Assembly (NCBI RefSeq): GCF_006345805.1
Contig: NC_043009.1
Location: 55,242,001 to 55,306,000, forward strand
Source of the DNA: Octopus sinensis
Lineage: Eukaryota
Direction: 5' to 3'
DNA length: 64,000 nucleotides
Both the position numbers and the translations under genes were made by a program. The notes under the pieces are model-generated. The model did not search any database and was not told where the DNA came from. It saw nothing but the letters and a program-made list of their open reading frames with translations. This document shows, piece after piece, positions 1 through 13,295 of the stretch (the stretch's first letter is position 1; each line of letters begins with the position of its first letter).

Positions 1-989
1 CTCCAGGAATTTGCCAGAACTTTTGTCAGATTTAAAATAATTTCCGGGTCACATCTGGGTGAGTGAAGAAAAAAATCTCTCAAGTTATGCTATGTCATAA
101 TATTTATGTAAATTTTGAACCCTGCATTTATGGCAGGTTGTGTAGTAATTTTGCTAGCTATTTTCTGTTAAGTTAAATGTTAAAATTTGTGTAAATAGCT
201 AAAGGGTGTATGAATTTAATTTTTCCATGTAGCCAATTTTTGTATTAGACAACTAACTGTAAATTTGGTCTAATGGTTACTCAACATGCTTGTATGAAGC
301 AATTTTGTGTGAATTTAAAGCAAACTAGATTTTTGTTTGACTATTCAATTTTTACTATAATTATTGATGTTGTCTGACAGCCATTTTGTTATGAACTCTT
401 AGTTTAACTGGTTGCTTTGATTTATTTATATTTAGGTCCAAGGTTCGAAATCCAGTTTGAAATCCAAGGTTCAAAACCCGAATTTGTACTAAAATAGAAA
501 TCCAGATTTTATGAAATCTAAATTTTCGGAATCCATATTTTTTGTGTGAAGCCAATTTTGGTGAAACCAAAATTTGTGAATCCACAGTTATGGATCCAAG
601 TTTGTGAAATCAAGTTGGTGAAGCCGGGATTCTAAGTCCGAATTTCTGAACTGTTTATATATGTTACCTTTGTAAATATTTTGACTGCACATCTAGTGTG
701 CTATTGGTTTATTTTTGTTCATATATATTTGTTTTGTATGTGGGCTGTTTTTTTTTTATGCTGAGAATTGTTAATAATATTTTACAAAAGACTTTGTGGT
801 TTGTTGTTGTTTTGGGTCCACCCTATCCTTGTTGATTTTGTAAATTCAGGTTATGGCCACCAGGTCGTAACAATATATATATATATAGTTAATATGTACA
901 TTTCAATCTTGTATTGGTTTGCAAGATTCTTGTTGTGAACTTGTGTGTTGAAACAGATATTGTTATACCTTGGGTGATTGTAATACTGA

Positions 990-1203
990 ATTTGTAGTCT
1001 CCAAACATGCCATGGACTACTACATTCAAAGTGTTCTTGAAAGAGAAACTAATTAACATCCTCACAATAGCACAACTTCACAGAAGGCTGCTGTTGTCCA
1101 GGTGATATGTGAAATTAATAAGGATCATTTAGTGCAGGTATGTCAACGATTCCAATCCTCTATTTAAACAATCATAGCAACTAAAGTGGGATGCATAAAG
1201 TAA
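990..1203 (+). mobile_element. Tc1/mariner superfamily (maT/DD37D-like) transposase C-terminal relic
   Basis: Decayed translation ...MDYYIQSVLERETN*HPHNSTTSQKAAVVQVICEINKDHLVQVCQRFQSSI*TIIATKVGCIK* resembles the (SPDLNP)LDY...HNT..SLKAAI...AC.RF..RIEA.I.A.GG.IE* end of this group. Confidence 0.65.
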
Positions 1204-1239
1204 TCTTATATGAGTGGGTGCTGAAAGATCCTGCCTTTA

Positions 1240-1426
1240 AGGGTATTGTGAAAGGTCTGGTTGGAGGCCCAAACTTCCAAGTTCTTTTACAGGGCTTAGA
1301 AAAACTGAAGGACTGCTGCAATAAGTGTGTGAATCTGTGGAGAGAATATCTTGAATAAAATCACATTTAACTGATTCTCCTGTATTTTCTTTTACCCAAA
1401 GCCAGGAACTTCCCAGCACCCCCTTG
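1240..1426 (+). mobile_element. mariner 3' end fragment with TIR
   Basis: ...QGLEKLKDCCNKCVNLWREYLE* resembles the mariner C-terminus. It ends in CAGGAACTTCCCAGCACCCCCTTG, a TIR-like sequence shared with the MITE at 40923-41072. Confidence 0.65.
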
Positions 1427-1844
1427 TGATAAAGCTTATCAAGAACATGATTTTATTAAAATACATTTGGCTTATTTTTGTTAGAATGGGGTTGTTTTAT
1501 TAAATTACCAAATATCTCTCACATTCTGTATATATGTATGAACAAATGATGGAGACCTCTACATGATTAAAGCAGCAGCAACATCTTTTTAAGAAGCTGC
1601 TAATTTATCAATGTTTTCAAACGAATTAAACAAGTCTATTTTCTTTCTTGCTTACATAGTTAAAGCTTCTAATCTCAAGGGTTGAAAGCTGTCAGGTCTC
1701 CTTGATGTAGCACCATCACAGCCACCCAACATATCACAAACATGTTCAATTCTTGTCTTCTTTTATCCAAGGGTTTTTTTTTAAACCAAAATATTATGAA
1801 CTATTATTTATTGTATCATTTGCTTTTTGGTATGTATAATTTTT

Positions 1845-2217
1845 TGTGAGGTAAGAAGCTTGCTTCCCAGCCACATGGTTCAAGGTTCAGTCCCATTGTG
1901 AGGCACCTTGGGCTAGTGTTTTCTACTATAGCCTTGGGCCAACCAAAGCCTTGTGAGTGAATTTGGTAGATGGAAACTGAAAGAAGCCTGTCATATATAC
2001 ATATATATGTGTGTGTTTGTCTTTGTGTCTGTTTGTCCCCCACTGCCACTTGATAACTGGTGCTGGTGTGTTTATGTCCCCGTAATTTAGCAGCTTGGCA
2101 AAAAGAGACCAATAGAATAAGTATCTGGCTTTAAAACATAAGTACTTGGGTTGATACATTCGACCAAAAATTCTTCAATGCGGTGCCTCAACTGACTGAA
2201 ACAAGTAAAAGATAAAA
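1845..2217 (+). mobile_element. tRNA-derived SINE, family B (internal microsatellite)
   Basis: Head GGTAAGAAGCTTGCTTCCCAGCCACATGGTTCAAGGTTCAGTCCC, internal (TA)/(TG) tract, tail GACTGAAACAAGTAAAAGA. More than 15 related copies or fragments occur in the window. Confidence 0.85.
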
Positions 2218-2906
2218 TCTATATCACATTTTTATGTGTTTCTCCATGCTGTCGTGGGCCAGACAAGAATTATTGCAACAGATTTTTCTATGCATTACAT
2301 GTATGTGTATATGCAACTGAAGTGGCGTTAAATTAAAATGGCTATCTGTATATCATACATAAAGCATATATGATGTTGACAAGCAAGTTTCTAGGGTTTT
2401 CATCCCAGATAAAATCTCTTATAGATGTGCTTTGTCAAAAATACTCTATATTGTAGGGAGAAGACAATCATCCCAGCAGCAACAAGCAAGAATGTCAGAT
2501 GCATTTCACCATTCTTGACTGTTGTCAATAATGTGTAATTGCAGCCACATGTCTCAACAGAATTTGTTGCTTCCAGTGATAATGTGAACAGCTGCCAGAC
2601 TGACTAAAAATATCTGGTATACGCAAGTGTAGCAACATTAAATTAAAATAGCCATCTGTGTATCATACATATAATATGTATATATGTATATATACATACA
2701 TACTATTGACAGATATTGATAGATATTTTCAGCCAAGATAAAATCTCTTATGGACATTGCTCCCTTCACCCATTCTAGCCTGTCTATCATCACTCTCTCT
2801 CTCTCTCATTCCCCTCCTGCTTTACATAATCTCGAGTAACCATACATGTCTTTGAGCAATGATTCACGCTTACTCTTCAAGTACACAAAGCAACTCTGCT
2901 AGTGCT

Positions 2907-3224
2907 CATCATCATCATCATTGTTCGACCGTGGTCGAGACAATGGAATTTACCATGCTACGCCAGACTTCACGGTCCATCATGGCATTACGGAGGTCCT
3001 GTTGCTGGATGCCTGTATCCCTGGAGATTACATCAGGGTAGGAGAGTGTACGCCCTCTGGTATTGCGAGTAGATGGCTTCCAGAGAAGAGTAGAAATTAC
3101 CTCTTTTTCAGCTCTACAACAATGTCCAGCAAACTGGACTCTCTTACCCTTCACAAGAGATGACACAGGTGGTAGTTTCCTATATATTTGCATTTTGGTT
3201 GGATGGCGTTTCCACGAGAGATTT
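2907..3224 (-). mobile_element. 5'-truncated non-LTR retrotransposon (RTE/RTEX-like) 3' end
   Basis: ORF remnant ...VQFAGHCCRAEKEVISTLLWKP...YPDVISRDTG...MMDREVWRSMV..* followed by a (TGA)n tail. Flanked by a perfect 10-bp TSD, TGCTAGTGCT, at 2897-2906 and 3225-3234. Confidence 0.85.
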
Positions 3225-3608
3225 TGCTAGTGCTGCTGCCACCATAAAACATACTCAGTACACTCTGTACAGAGGTTGGTGATAGGAAGAGCATCCAACC
3301 GTATAAAACGAGCCAAAACTGAAAATAGCGGCAGTCTATGAGAGCAGTGGCTCCCAGTAAGAACTGACTTGGACTGTGACAACACATCTAACCCATGTCT
3401 GCTTGGAAAGTGGGTGTAAAAATGATAATTTGACTGGTGTTTTATTTTACCAACCCCAAAAAGATAAACAATAAAGCTAACCATGGTCAGATTTAAACAC
3501 AAACACAAAGAATCAAAAGAAATGTTGTCTGACATACTAACAATTCTGCCAGCTCACTGCCCTGTGTGAAGTATTAGTTGAATGAAAATATACAGGTGTG
3601 ATTATTAA

Positions 3609-3828
3609 CCCTTTAGCATTCGCATTATTCTGCCAAAATTAATCCTTTTTTATCCACATTGTTTTGAACTAATCATGCATTACCTTGTAGCTATGAAAAT
3701 ATGATGAGGTAGCTGTTATTTTTAAAACGATATTGTAGGGTTAGTGTGAGAGACCAGATCTGGCCAGTTTGAACATAAAACAGGCAGAATACTTCTGGCC
3801 GGATATGACCGGTTTAAATGCTAAAGGG
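3609..3828. mobile_element. piggyBac-type MITE family 1
   Basis: TTAA on both sides (3605-3608, 3829-3832) and perfect 12-bp TIRs CCCTTTAGCATT/AATGCTAAAGGG. A second copy lies at 24991-25212. Confidence 0.9.
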
Positions 3829-4244
3829 TTAAAGACCTATAAATGACAATGACAAAATATTTAACTACATTCACAATTTTTGAAGATGAAATAAAATATG
3901 AATTGCTTTATTTTATTTTATTTTATTGATATATCATTTTCAAAATGTATATTCAGTTTGATAAATTTATCAGACGTTTTTTTTAAAAAAATGTACAAAA
4001 ACAACAACAGCAGTATGTTTCTTTTGTGTGGGGTCATTTGGTTTTTAAATAAAATAGAACACAAGCTGTACAAAAATACTGGTAGATACATTAACAAGAC
4101 TACAATGCCATAATTACCTATGTATTTGATGATTTATACTTCAAAAGACATAATGATAATTTATTTTTAATTAAACAACCTAATGGTATGAAAGATTATA
4201 TATGTAATGATACTAACATAAGCACAAGGCCATCAAATGTGTGT

Positions 4245-5107
4245 GAGTGGGTATATATATGTATATATGTGTGTATATATATGTATATACATATGTATAT
4301 ATATACATGTATATACATATATATATACATATGTATACATCTACATGTATATATATATACATATGTATACATCTACATGTATATATATATACATATATAT
4401 ATGTATATACATATATATGTGTATATATATATATATATACATATATGTATATATACGTATATATGTATATATATATATATATATACATATATGTATATAT
4501 ACGTATATATGTATATACATATGTATATATATATACATATATGTATATATACGTATATATGTATATACATATGTATATATATATACATGTATATACATAT
4601 GTATATATATATACATGTATATACATATGTATATATATACACATACATATATACACATACATATATATACACATATACATGTATATACATATCTATATAT
4701 ATATACACATACATATATACACATATATATACACATACATGTATATACATATCTATATATATATACACATATACATGTATATACATATCTATATATATAT
4801 ACATATATATACATATATATATGTATATATATATAGATATGTATATACATGTATATGTGTATATACATATATAGATATGTATATATATGTGTATATGTAT
4901 GTATATATGTGTATATATATATATAGATATGTATATATGTGTATGTATATATAGATATGTATATATGTGTATGTATATAGATATGTATATATGTGTATGT
5001 ATATATAGATATGTATATACATGTATATATATACGTACACATGTATATACATATATGTGTATATATATATATACATATACGTGTGTGTATATATATATAT
5101 ATATATG
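4245..5107. repeat. Large compound (TA)/(CA)/(TG) microsatellite
   Basis: About 860 bp of interrupted TA repeats, CA-rich on the left and TG-rich on the right. Source of the spurious Ile/Tyr-rich ORFs. Confidence 0.95.
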
Positions 5108-5304
5108 CTAGACCACTGAAATCTAGAAGTTTTTTACATTCTTTCTGTGTTTATTTTCTCTTATTCCTTTCTGTTGAAGATCATAGGCTCGAAATGTAAA
5201 AGACTTTTTTCATTTTTCCTGTGTGTCAAACTAATACACTTGCTTGTTGTTTGTACACCTGTTTTCATCTTTTGTTTTTCTATATATTTCAACTATATGT
5301 ACAA

Positions 5305-5347
<43 letters not shown>

Positions 5348-7823
5348 ATACACACACACACACACTTCACACACACATATGTATATACACATATATGTGC
5401 ATACACATACACAGACACACGCACATATATACACACATATATATATACACATATATATATACATACATATACACACACACATACATATATATGTCATATT
5501 GAAGTTATTTTTAATAGGGTAGAAATTAGACATAAACCAAATAAAGGGTTTTGTTTCTCCACTTGACATTCTCACAAATTACACATTAATGTTAATTGAC
5601 TTTTTTAACAAACTAATCTAAATTCTTATCCTATTAGCAGAACTCACTTTTATTTTATATTTAAGACATCGTGAAAGAAAATGCATCACATCTGAATGTA
5701 TTTATAAAATGCTGAACTGGCAGGAGTTCACAAGGAAAATAAACATGTAAGCAAGCACTCCATGTCCTCTCACCAGCACTATATTATCAGTCTAGTTAAA
5801 CAATTAATGACCTTAATTCTCAAACTGTAAATAGATATTATACAGCAGTATATTTTATCACTCTCAGTTTTGAATTAACATAGTTAACTCTCAACGACCT
5901 CAATTCTACTTGTAAACAGATAGCTATAGAGAGGTATGGTTTATCATATCTAGTTGTGAATTAACATACTTAACTCTTAATGATCTCAATTCTCTTTTCT
6001 AAATTTACATATAGAGAGGTATAGCTCATCACAGAGCCATTAAAATTCACAAATGTTTTATCTTGAAAATCTGAAGTCAAATTCCACTGTGTGCACATCT
6101 ACTTAAACCAATCATTAGATGCAAAGGAAGTTTTTAATATTTAAATGACCTAATATGATTATGCAATATTACGTTCTTTTTACTAATTCAAAAGTTGTGA
6201 AATTAAACAATTTCCTTAAGTTATCTGAAAAGTTAAATTTTTAAAAATTGTCCTATTTATATATATATATATATATTTCCTTTTTTTTACAAAAAACTGT
6301 ATTTCCTTTGTTTTAATTTCATAGTAAATAAATATATAACAATAGTAACAACAAAAGATGTTTTTATATTCAATGCCTTACTCTTAGCTTTAGATATTTC
6401 CATGAAAATTATAGTTAAGTGAGTGATGATTGTTTTAACATAAGTTTACAATCAGCTTTGACAATAACATTACTTGAAACATTACAAGCCTGAAGGTATC
6501 TTAAGTCAATACAACCTGAATGTCAGAACCATTGACCGAAACTAACCAAAATTGTTTCCAAGCACCAATTTAACATATTTTTTTAATGAAGCAGAAATTA
6601 GCTTTATGAGACTAATGCTGCTAAGATGTGAATGAAGAACTGCACTAGCCAAGTGGTGAAAGGTGTTGATATCTCAGCTAAGGGGTCTCAACTTCACATC
6701 ACAACACTAAACAATGCACTGTATTGTTTTAATTCTAATTCTGAGGCCATGTTCTGAACGTAACTCAGTCCCATTTACAGGGCTACATCTACAGAGTAGG
6801 TAAGAACAGAGAGAGGGACTAGATAAAATAAATGGACATAGTGGTAAAACACTGAATTAACTGGTTTGGTTGGGTCTAGAACACATAGATAATAAAATCC
6901 TCATGTCACACAAAAACATGTGTCCAAGAGCTCCAATATTCTCACAGAGACCAGAGCATTGGTTGTGTGGCATTAAACAGAAAAGAGACAAACCTCCTCC
7001 TGGCTAGGATGCCAGTCTCATTTTGGAAGTAACGTTCCCAGACGATCTGGTACCTATTCGGGACAAATGTATAAGTTGAGATATTAAGTGTCTAGTCTAG
7101 CAAGAGAAAAAAGTTACACGCAAAATACCTTTGTGGTTTTGAACTTGAGTCTTACGCAATTGTTGTTGAAAACCATATGAATTTGGCCATTTTAGTTGTA
7201 TTCACATAAATATAGAACAGACAGTGAAGAATTAATTTGACACCCAAATAAATTAAACTGCAAGACAAGTAAGAAGTGAGTAGGTTACTGATTGTAACTG
7301 GAAAGACAACAAGAGTTAGATATAGGTAGACATGACTTCATCTTTTAGTGGAGCAAAGAAAGAAAATTTAACCCTGGAAAAATGGATGATACTTCAAAAT
7401 GCTCTCTTTCAGACAAATGAGTAAGTATTGTGTGTGTGCGTGTAAAATACATAGATATAAATGTGTGTGTATGTCATATACACACGTGCATGAAGAATGA
7501 GCTTTTGAAGTGATATTAACCAACAATGGAATTGGAATAAACTATTCCTCATACCACTCTCATTTTTAAACCTTTTTGAAGAGAAAAAAAAATTGCTTCT
7601 ATTTGCTTTGTGATATGAAGACACGCTTTAAAAAAACCCAGTTTTATCAACTTTACAATCTCAGTTTTGAAGTAAGGCAACCAAAGAGAGAAAGATGATA
7701 CAGAATATTTTCCTGGGAACCAGACATTTCACAAAAAGGTTAAGATGGAAAGGTAGATAGCTGATTCAAGATAACTAACAACAAGAATAAAATTATTGAA
7801 GGAAGTTGTTCTCTGTGTGTGTG

Positions 7824-7879
<56 letters not shown>

Positions 7880-8250
7880 CCCAACACATGCCAGTATGGA
7901 ACACGAATGTTAAATGATGCTAATATATATGTATATATATATATATATATATACACATACATACATAATGAATATGTGTGCATCCGTGTGTACACATATA
8001 TACCTACATAAGTTAAGGGTTGACAGTTATTTTGAAATAGCCTTTAATGATTTATGCTTTTAATATATAACTATGCAGAAAACAGTACACACATATTCAC
8101 ATGTATATGTGTGTGTGTGTGTGTTATATATTTAAATATAAAATTTTAAATACATAAATACAGTTTTTATATATTAAGTAAATGTGTGTGTGTGTGTGTG
8201 TGCGCGCACATATATATACAAATACACATACACACACATAGGCCCAAATA

Positions 8251-9927
8251 TAAGTACATCTCAGAAAATTAGAATATTAAGGAGGAAAAAAAAATGAATA
8301 TTCAAAAAATTTATTACTCTTATGTACAATAAATGTGGCAGTAGTGCTCCTTTTTAGTCTGCGAACAATTTCTAGTTTCTAGAATGATGACTATCCATTG
8401 TAAAAGTACAGACAAATATTTTAATTCTATTCTACTTCTCTCAAAATATTACAATATTGTCTGAGCATGTAAGAGTAATACTCATTCAGCCAATAATTTT
8501 TTTTTTATTTTTAATTTTTTTTTTACAGAAAACATTAGTGCTGTAATCATGAGCAAGACTTCTGATCTAAACTGTTGACTAAAAAGATCATCAGTAACAT
8601 ACTTCACGAAGAGGGGAAGACACAGAGAAGATTATTTCTTTAAAAGCTAGCTGTTCCCAGATTTCAACATTGCAGCCACTTTCTGGGATACCATCTGGAC
8701 ATGCAAGATGAGGCAGAAAAAAGGTGAGCCAGCAAGAGGGACAACTGTAACTTCAAGAGAACTGTGAAAAAAAAAAAAAGCCAGTTTGACAACGAGGAAG
8801 ATTTTCATCAAAAGTTGACACAGAAGTTAGGGCATCAAGAACCACCTTGTACAGCGAGATAGCTTCAAGAGATGGAGCACAACAGCAAAGTACCTAGCAC
8901 TAAGCCTCTTTTCACTGACAAGCAATGTTACAAGTGGTCGATGGAGGCAAGGAGAAACAGGAAATAGAGTGATGGGCAGTGGCACAATGTGACTTTTTCC
9001 TGATTGGAGTAAGTTTTTGTATCTCATTTGGAAACGAAGTTTGCAGAATTTGGAGGTCTGGAAATCACAAAACACCAGCCATTAGAAACCCAGTCTCGAA
9101 TTTCTGGCAATCAGTGATGCAATGTCATATGTAGATATTGGACTTTTGTGTTTCTTCAGAATTACAGCCAATGCACAAGTCTACCATGAGATCTTGGAGC
9201 ATTTCTTGTTTCCTTATATCAAACATCAAGCTATTTGGCAATGTAAAATTTTTGTTTCAGCAAGATTTGGTACTTGCACATAGCGCCAAAACAAACACTT
9301 CCTGCTTTACTGATCATCACATCAATGAGCTACCTTACCAAGGAACTGACTTGGCCTAAATCTCATACAGAAACTATGGGGTATAGTTAAAAAGATGCCC
9401 AATTTGTGTCCCAGCAGTCATTTGGTGGTTAAGGCGGTTCCCACACTAGCAGTCAGTCAAAATGATTAAAACAAATCAGCATCAATCAGGAAGATAATCA
9501 TTTAATGAAGCTCAATGCAACAACTAAACTGCTCCCTGCCATAAAACAAAAGCCTTGAGTATCCCTTTTTAGGAGCCAAAGGCTGCTAAGGAGACTACCG
9601 GGACTTCCATCAAAATTAACTAGTGTCACTAATTGGTTTCCTCTGTCATAATATGTCCAGTCACTGAAGTCAAAAGAGCACCAAACATGTACTGACATTT
9701 TGTACCCACCTCGATTTTTAACCGACTTTCTAATGATATGTTTCTGATGTTATGCTGTTACATTCTAATATTTCGAGATATTGGATTTTTAATGTATCAA
9801 TAAAATGCTGGAAATAGAGCAATTTACATTTAGTGAGCCTAATGCAATTGAAACTTTTATGCTCAGACATTAACTGACAACAAAGATTAACGCTTGCATA
9901 ATGTTTTAATTTTCTGAGACACACCTA
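8251..9927 (+). mobile_element. Near full-length decayed Tc1-like transposon
   Basis: 28-bp imperfect TIRs (8251-8278 and 9900-9927, 22/28 match) with TA on the left. ATG at 8549 (MSKTSDL). Frameshifted transposase remnants include FLFQQDLVLAHSAK (FQQD.APAH motif). Length about 1.68 kb. Confidence 0.85.
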
Positions 9928-10507
9928 GAGATCGATATGTCATTATCTACATATACACATTCAAACACACACTCACACACACACACATGTATGTGTGGGT
10001 GTTTGTATATGTACACACAAACACATACACACACATATAGATATTTTCTTTCTCAAGTAAATTTAGATTTTATTTCTATTTTTATAGTTATGCAATATTT
10101 TTGAATTTTTCTCCTGCCAAAAAATTTTTTAAAAAAATCTTTAATATAAGGATTTCTTTGCATTGTGATGGTCATTCCTTTGTCCTATGTCCTGAAGGCA
10201 ACAATTAACGACATCACAAATGAAGCAGCATAGTTCCAACTGGAAAGTGAAACCAAAATTGCCAAGGAATTTGCTTTGTTGTGAAACTTAACCACCACCA
10301 CTGTTACCACAGCATGCCACACACCATACAGCACCTGCCACAACAGAATCTTTTAAATATGACAAATATTTGAAATATATACAGAAAACAATTCAAACTT
10401 CAAAAACATGAATTTGTTGGGTTTTTCTTTGTTTGTTTGGATTTTTTTCCATACCCATCCCTTACTAATCCCCAGAATTATTCCCATACCCCCTAATTTT
10501 ATAAAGG

Positions 10508-10777
10508 TCACCATTTTGATATCCACTCAGGACGGTTTTTAAACTTAGTCTTTGATCGACAATAAAGATCTTTCTTAGCAGGAGGGTCTGATGGGCTTTC
10601 AATACTGACAAAACTTTTAGATTCACAGGTTGCAGTTGAGGGTCTCTTTGTTGTACATCCAGGATATGATACTTTATTGAGTGGATATTTCGAGTGTTTT
10701 GAACTGTATTCTGCCAACTGTTCATCTCTTGACAAACCTTTGCTGGGTCTAACAGTTTCTAGCCGTCTTAGAAAAGC
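10508..10777 (-). CDS. CFAP97: CFAP97/KIAA1430 family protein, terminal coding exon (89 aa + TGA)
   Basis: Strong acceptor (T/C-rich tract TTTTTTTTTTCTTCTTCCACAG|GCT) in phase 0. Translates AFLRRLETVRPSKGLSRDEQLAEY...KNRPEWISKW*, continuing the domain collinearly (vertebrate sequence recalled as [30 protein letters not shown]). Confidence 0.85.
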   Translation of the reverse strand, partial: AFLRRLETVRPSKGLSRDEQLAEYSSKHSKYPLNKVSYPGCTTKRPSTATCESKSFVSIESPSDPPAKKDLYCRSKTKFKNRPEWISKW

Positions 10778-12469
10778 CTGTGGAAGAAGAAAAAAAAAAG
10801 AAATATTAACACAAATGAAGGTGAATTACTGCCTTTTTTTTTTTTTTTACTTGGGTGGAAGCTAAGCAAGCACAAGGCTAATTCTAAAGTAAAACAACTG
10901 AAGAAACTGATTAACTTTGAGAAAGGATTCCAGTTACAGTTTAGAAGGAACATCAAAAACATAAAGGGTTTGCAGTACTGTCCCCTGTTGCAGAAAAGAA
11001 GTGATTTTAAGGTGGTTCTCACTCTCCCTTTCAGTCAAAACAGCTATGACAAATGAGTAAAAATCAGAAAGATAATTAATTTAATCAAGCTCAATGCAAC
11101 AACTAAATCATTCCTCAACAAAGCCTTTGAGTAGCCCTGTTTAGGTCTAGTCTACCAGGTCAACCAGCCTTGATTAAGTAATGTTACAGAAGTATTGATA
11201 ATTCAAAACCAATAAGACTTGAGATGTGAAAGCCTTTCCTGAAATAGGAAGTGCAGTACTTGTAGTGCAGGCAATGAGGAAAACAAGTATCAAACTAAAG
11301 AGATGTAATAAAGACATTCCAGAACCAAGAGAAAAGTTGTTGATGGTCTATACTCCAAAGAGAGTGAAGAACTTAAATAAATAAATAAAATTTAAAAAAG
11401 CTGTTTTTAATGTGCTCTATTTCAATTATAGGGTTATTTTGAGTGAAGTTTGGTTGCTGTTTTTATCAGACTGAACTATCATGTAGAGACTCCGTCTTTA
11501 CAATTTGAGAGTAAAACCTATTGACATCAACTTTGCCTTTCAGCACTATGGTGTTGGTGAGACATGTGCTAGACATAATCAGCTTTAAGTCAATTGACAA
11601 TACCTCTTCCCTATAAACTTCTGATTGTGTTCAATTATGAAAAAATCCTTATCATCTAAGTAGTGGATTTATTACAGTAGTAATTGGCCTTACAATAACT
11701 CTATTTCTCTATGTTGTGAATTCAAACCTTTCACTATGGTCTTTACTCCAAGTTAAATAAAATACGAATTATAATTCCCTCTATCATACTTTTATTACTA
11801 CTACTCCTACAACAGCATCATCATCTTAACATTCTTCAATACTATATTTCACTCAGCTAAGGTGTCTTGTTTTGTAAGTACTTGGCAATTTCACTAATGC
11901 TGGTGCCATGAAAAAAAAAAGCACCCAGTACGGTCTGTAAAGTTGTTGGCATCCAAACTGAAGCAGACATTGGAATTCAGTGCAGCCCTCTAGCTCACTG
12001 GTTCCTGTCAAACCATCCAACCCCTGCCAGCATGGAAAAATAGACATTAAAATGATGATGAATTCTTGATTTTGACCTAATACCCTAATCATAAAGATTA
12101 TTGTAAAGTCAAGTATTCAATTAGCTATCTCCATGTCATAGATGACTGCTCAAGCAAAGCCAACCAGTTGTTACCAAAGAAACAAAGAAAAGAGAGAAGA
12201 AAAAAATACATATAAGACAAATCAGTGAAGTAGCCTCAATGTGGTCGCTTGATCTGCTAAAAATAACAGCAAAATCTCTCTGAAATTACACCACTTTACT
12301 GTCTTCAAAAGACAAGAAATGATAAGAAGATAGTGGATAATGTAAGGGTAGACTTCAGGACTAGACAACAACCCAATGACTACAGTAGGTAGACATGAAC
12401 TGATAACCATACCAAGTAAGTCGCTAGTCCACCTACTGGAATGTGCATCACTGAAGGACTTTATTAGGC

Positions 12470-12842
12470 ATTGGTATGGCTGTGTGGTTAAGAAGTTTGC
12501 TTTGCCACCAAGCAGTTTTAGGTTCAGTCTCACTGCATGGCACCTTGGGCAAGTATTTTCTGCTATTGCTCCATGCAAACAAATGGCTTGTGAATGAATT
12601 TAGTAGACATGTGGATGACTGTCATGTATGTGCATGTCTACATATGTGTTTGCATTTATCCTTTACCACATGACAACTGGTGTTTGTCTATATCCCACTG
12701 ACCAAGTAGTTCAGCAAAAGAGGCTGCTAGGGATATGAAGCTTTACAAATAAACACTGGCTTTGATTTGTTTGACTAAGCCCTTCAGGGCAGTGCCCCAG
12801 AATGGTCGTAGTTCACTGACTGAAACAAGTAAAAGATAAAAG
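12470..12842 (+). mobile_element. SINE family B, diverged copy (left arm of an inverted pair)
   Basis: Family B head and tail motifs; shares private substitutions with 15787-16088. Confidence 0.8.
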
Positions 12843-13110
12843 CAACCTGGAGGAAAGCCAGTTACCATGACCCTTTAAAAGGTTCTCCAAGACAAGTGGG
12901 AGGAAGTTATCCTTGAACCAGAGACCTGACCTCTATGCTTGCAACAGAACAGACTCCATTAAAGGCACCCCAGGATACAAGATGTTGGTGTTAAACCACG
13001 TGACAGATTAAGTCTAGCATTCCAGTAGGATTTGAACTTGGAACATTAAGAACCAGAACAAAAACAGTAAGGCATCCTATCTGACATTCTAATGATTTTA
13101 TTAATTAGTG

Positions 13111-13295
13111 CCGATGGCACGTAAAAAGCACCCACTACACTCACGGAGTGGTTGGCGTTAGGAAGGGCATCCAGCTGTAGAAACACTGCCAGATCAGACT
13201 GGGCCTGGTGCAGCCTTCTGGCTTCCCAGACCCCAGTTGAACTGTCCAACCCATGCTAGCATGGAAAGTGGACGCTAAATGATGATGATGATGAT
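13111..13295 (+). mobile_element. Young RTE-LINE 3'-UTR/tail copy
   Basis: TGGCACGTAAAAAGCACC...AACCCATGCTAGCATGGAAAG..GGACGCTAAATGATGATG; same tail type as the RTE at 53405-53726. Confidence 0.8.

Noticed and set aside
4188-5575. Many long Ile/Tyr/His/Thr-rich ORFs (up to 235 aa); similar ones at 44490-46022 and 58116-59545
   Set aside because: They are translations of (TA)/(CA)/(TACA) microsatellites, which lack stop codons in most frames.
10465-10725. 86-aa minus-strand ORF overlapping the terminal exon in another frame
   Set aside because: No family similarity; the splice phase selects the 10508-10777 frame.
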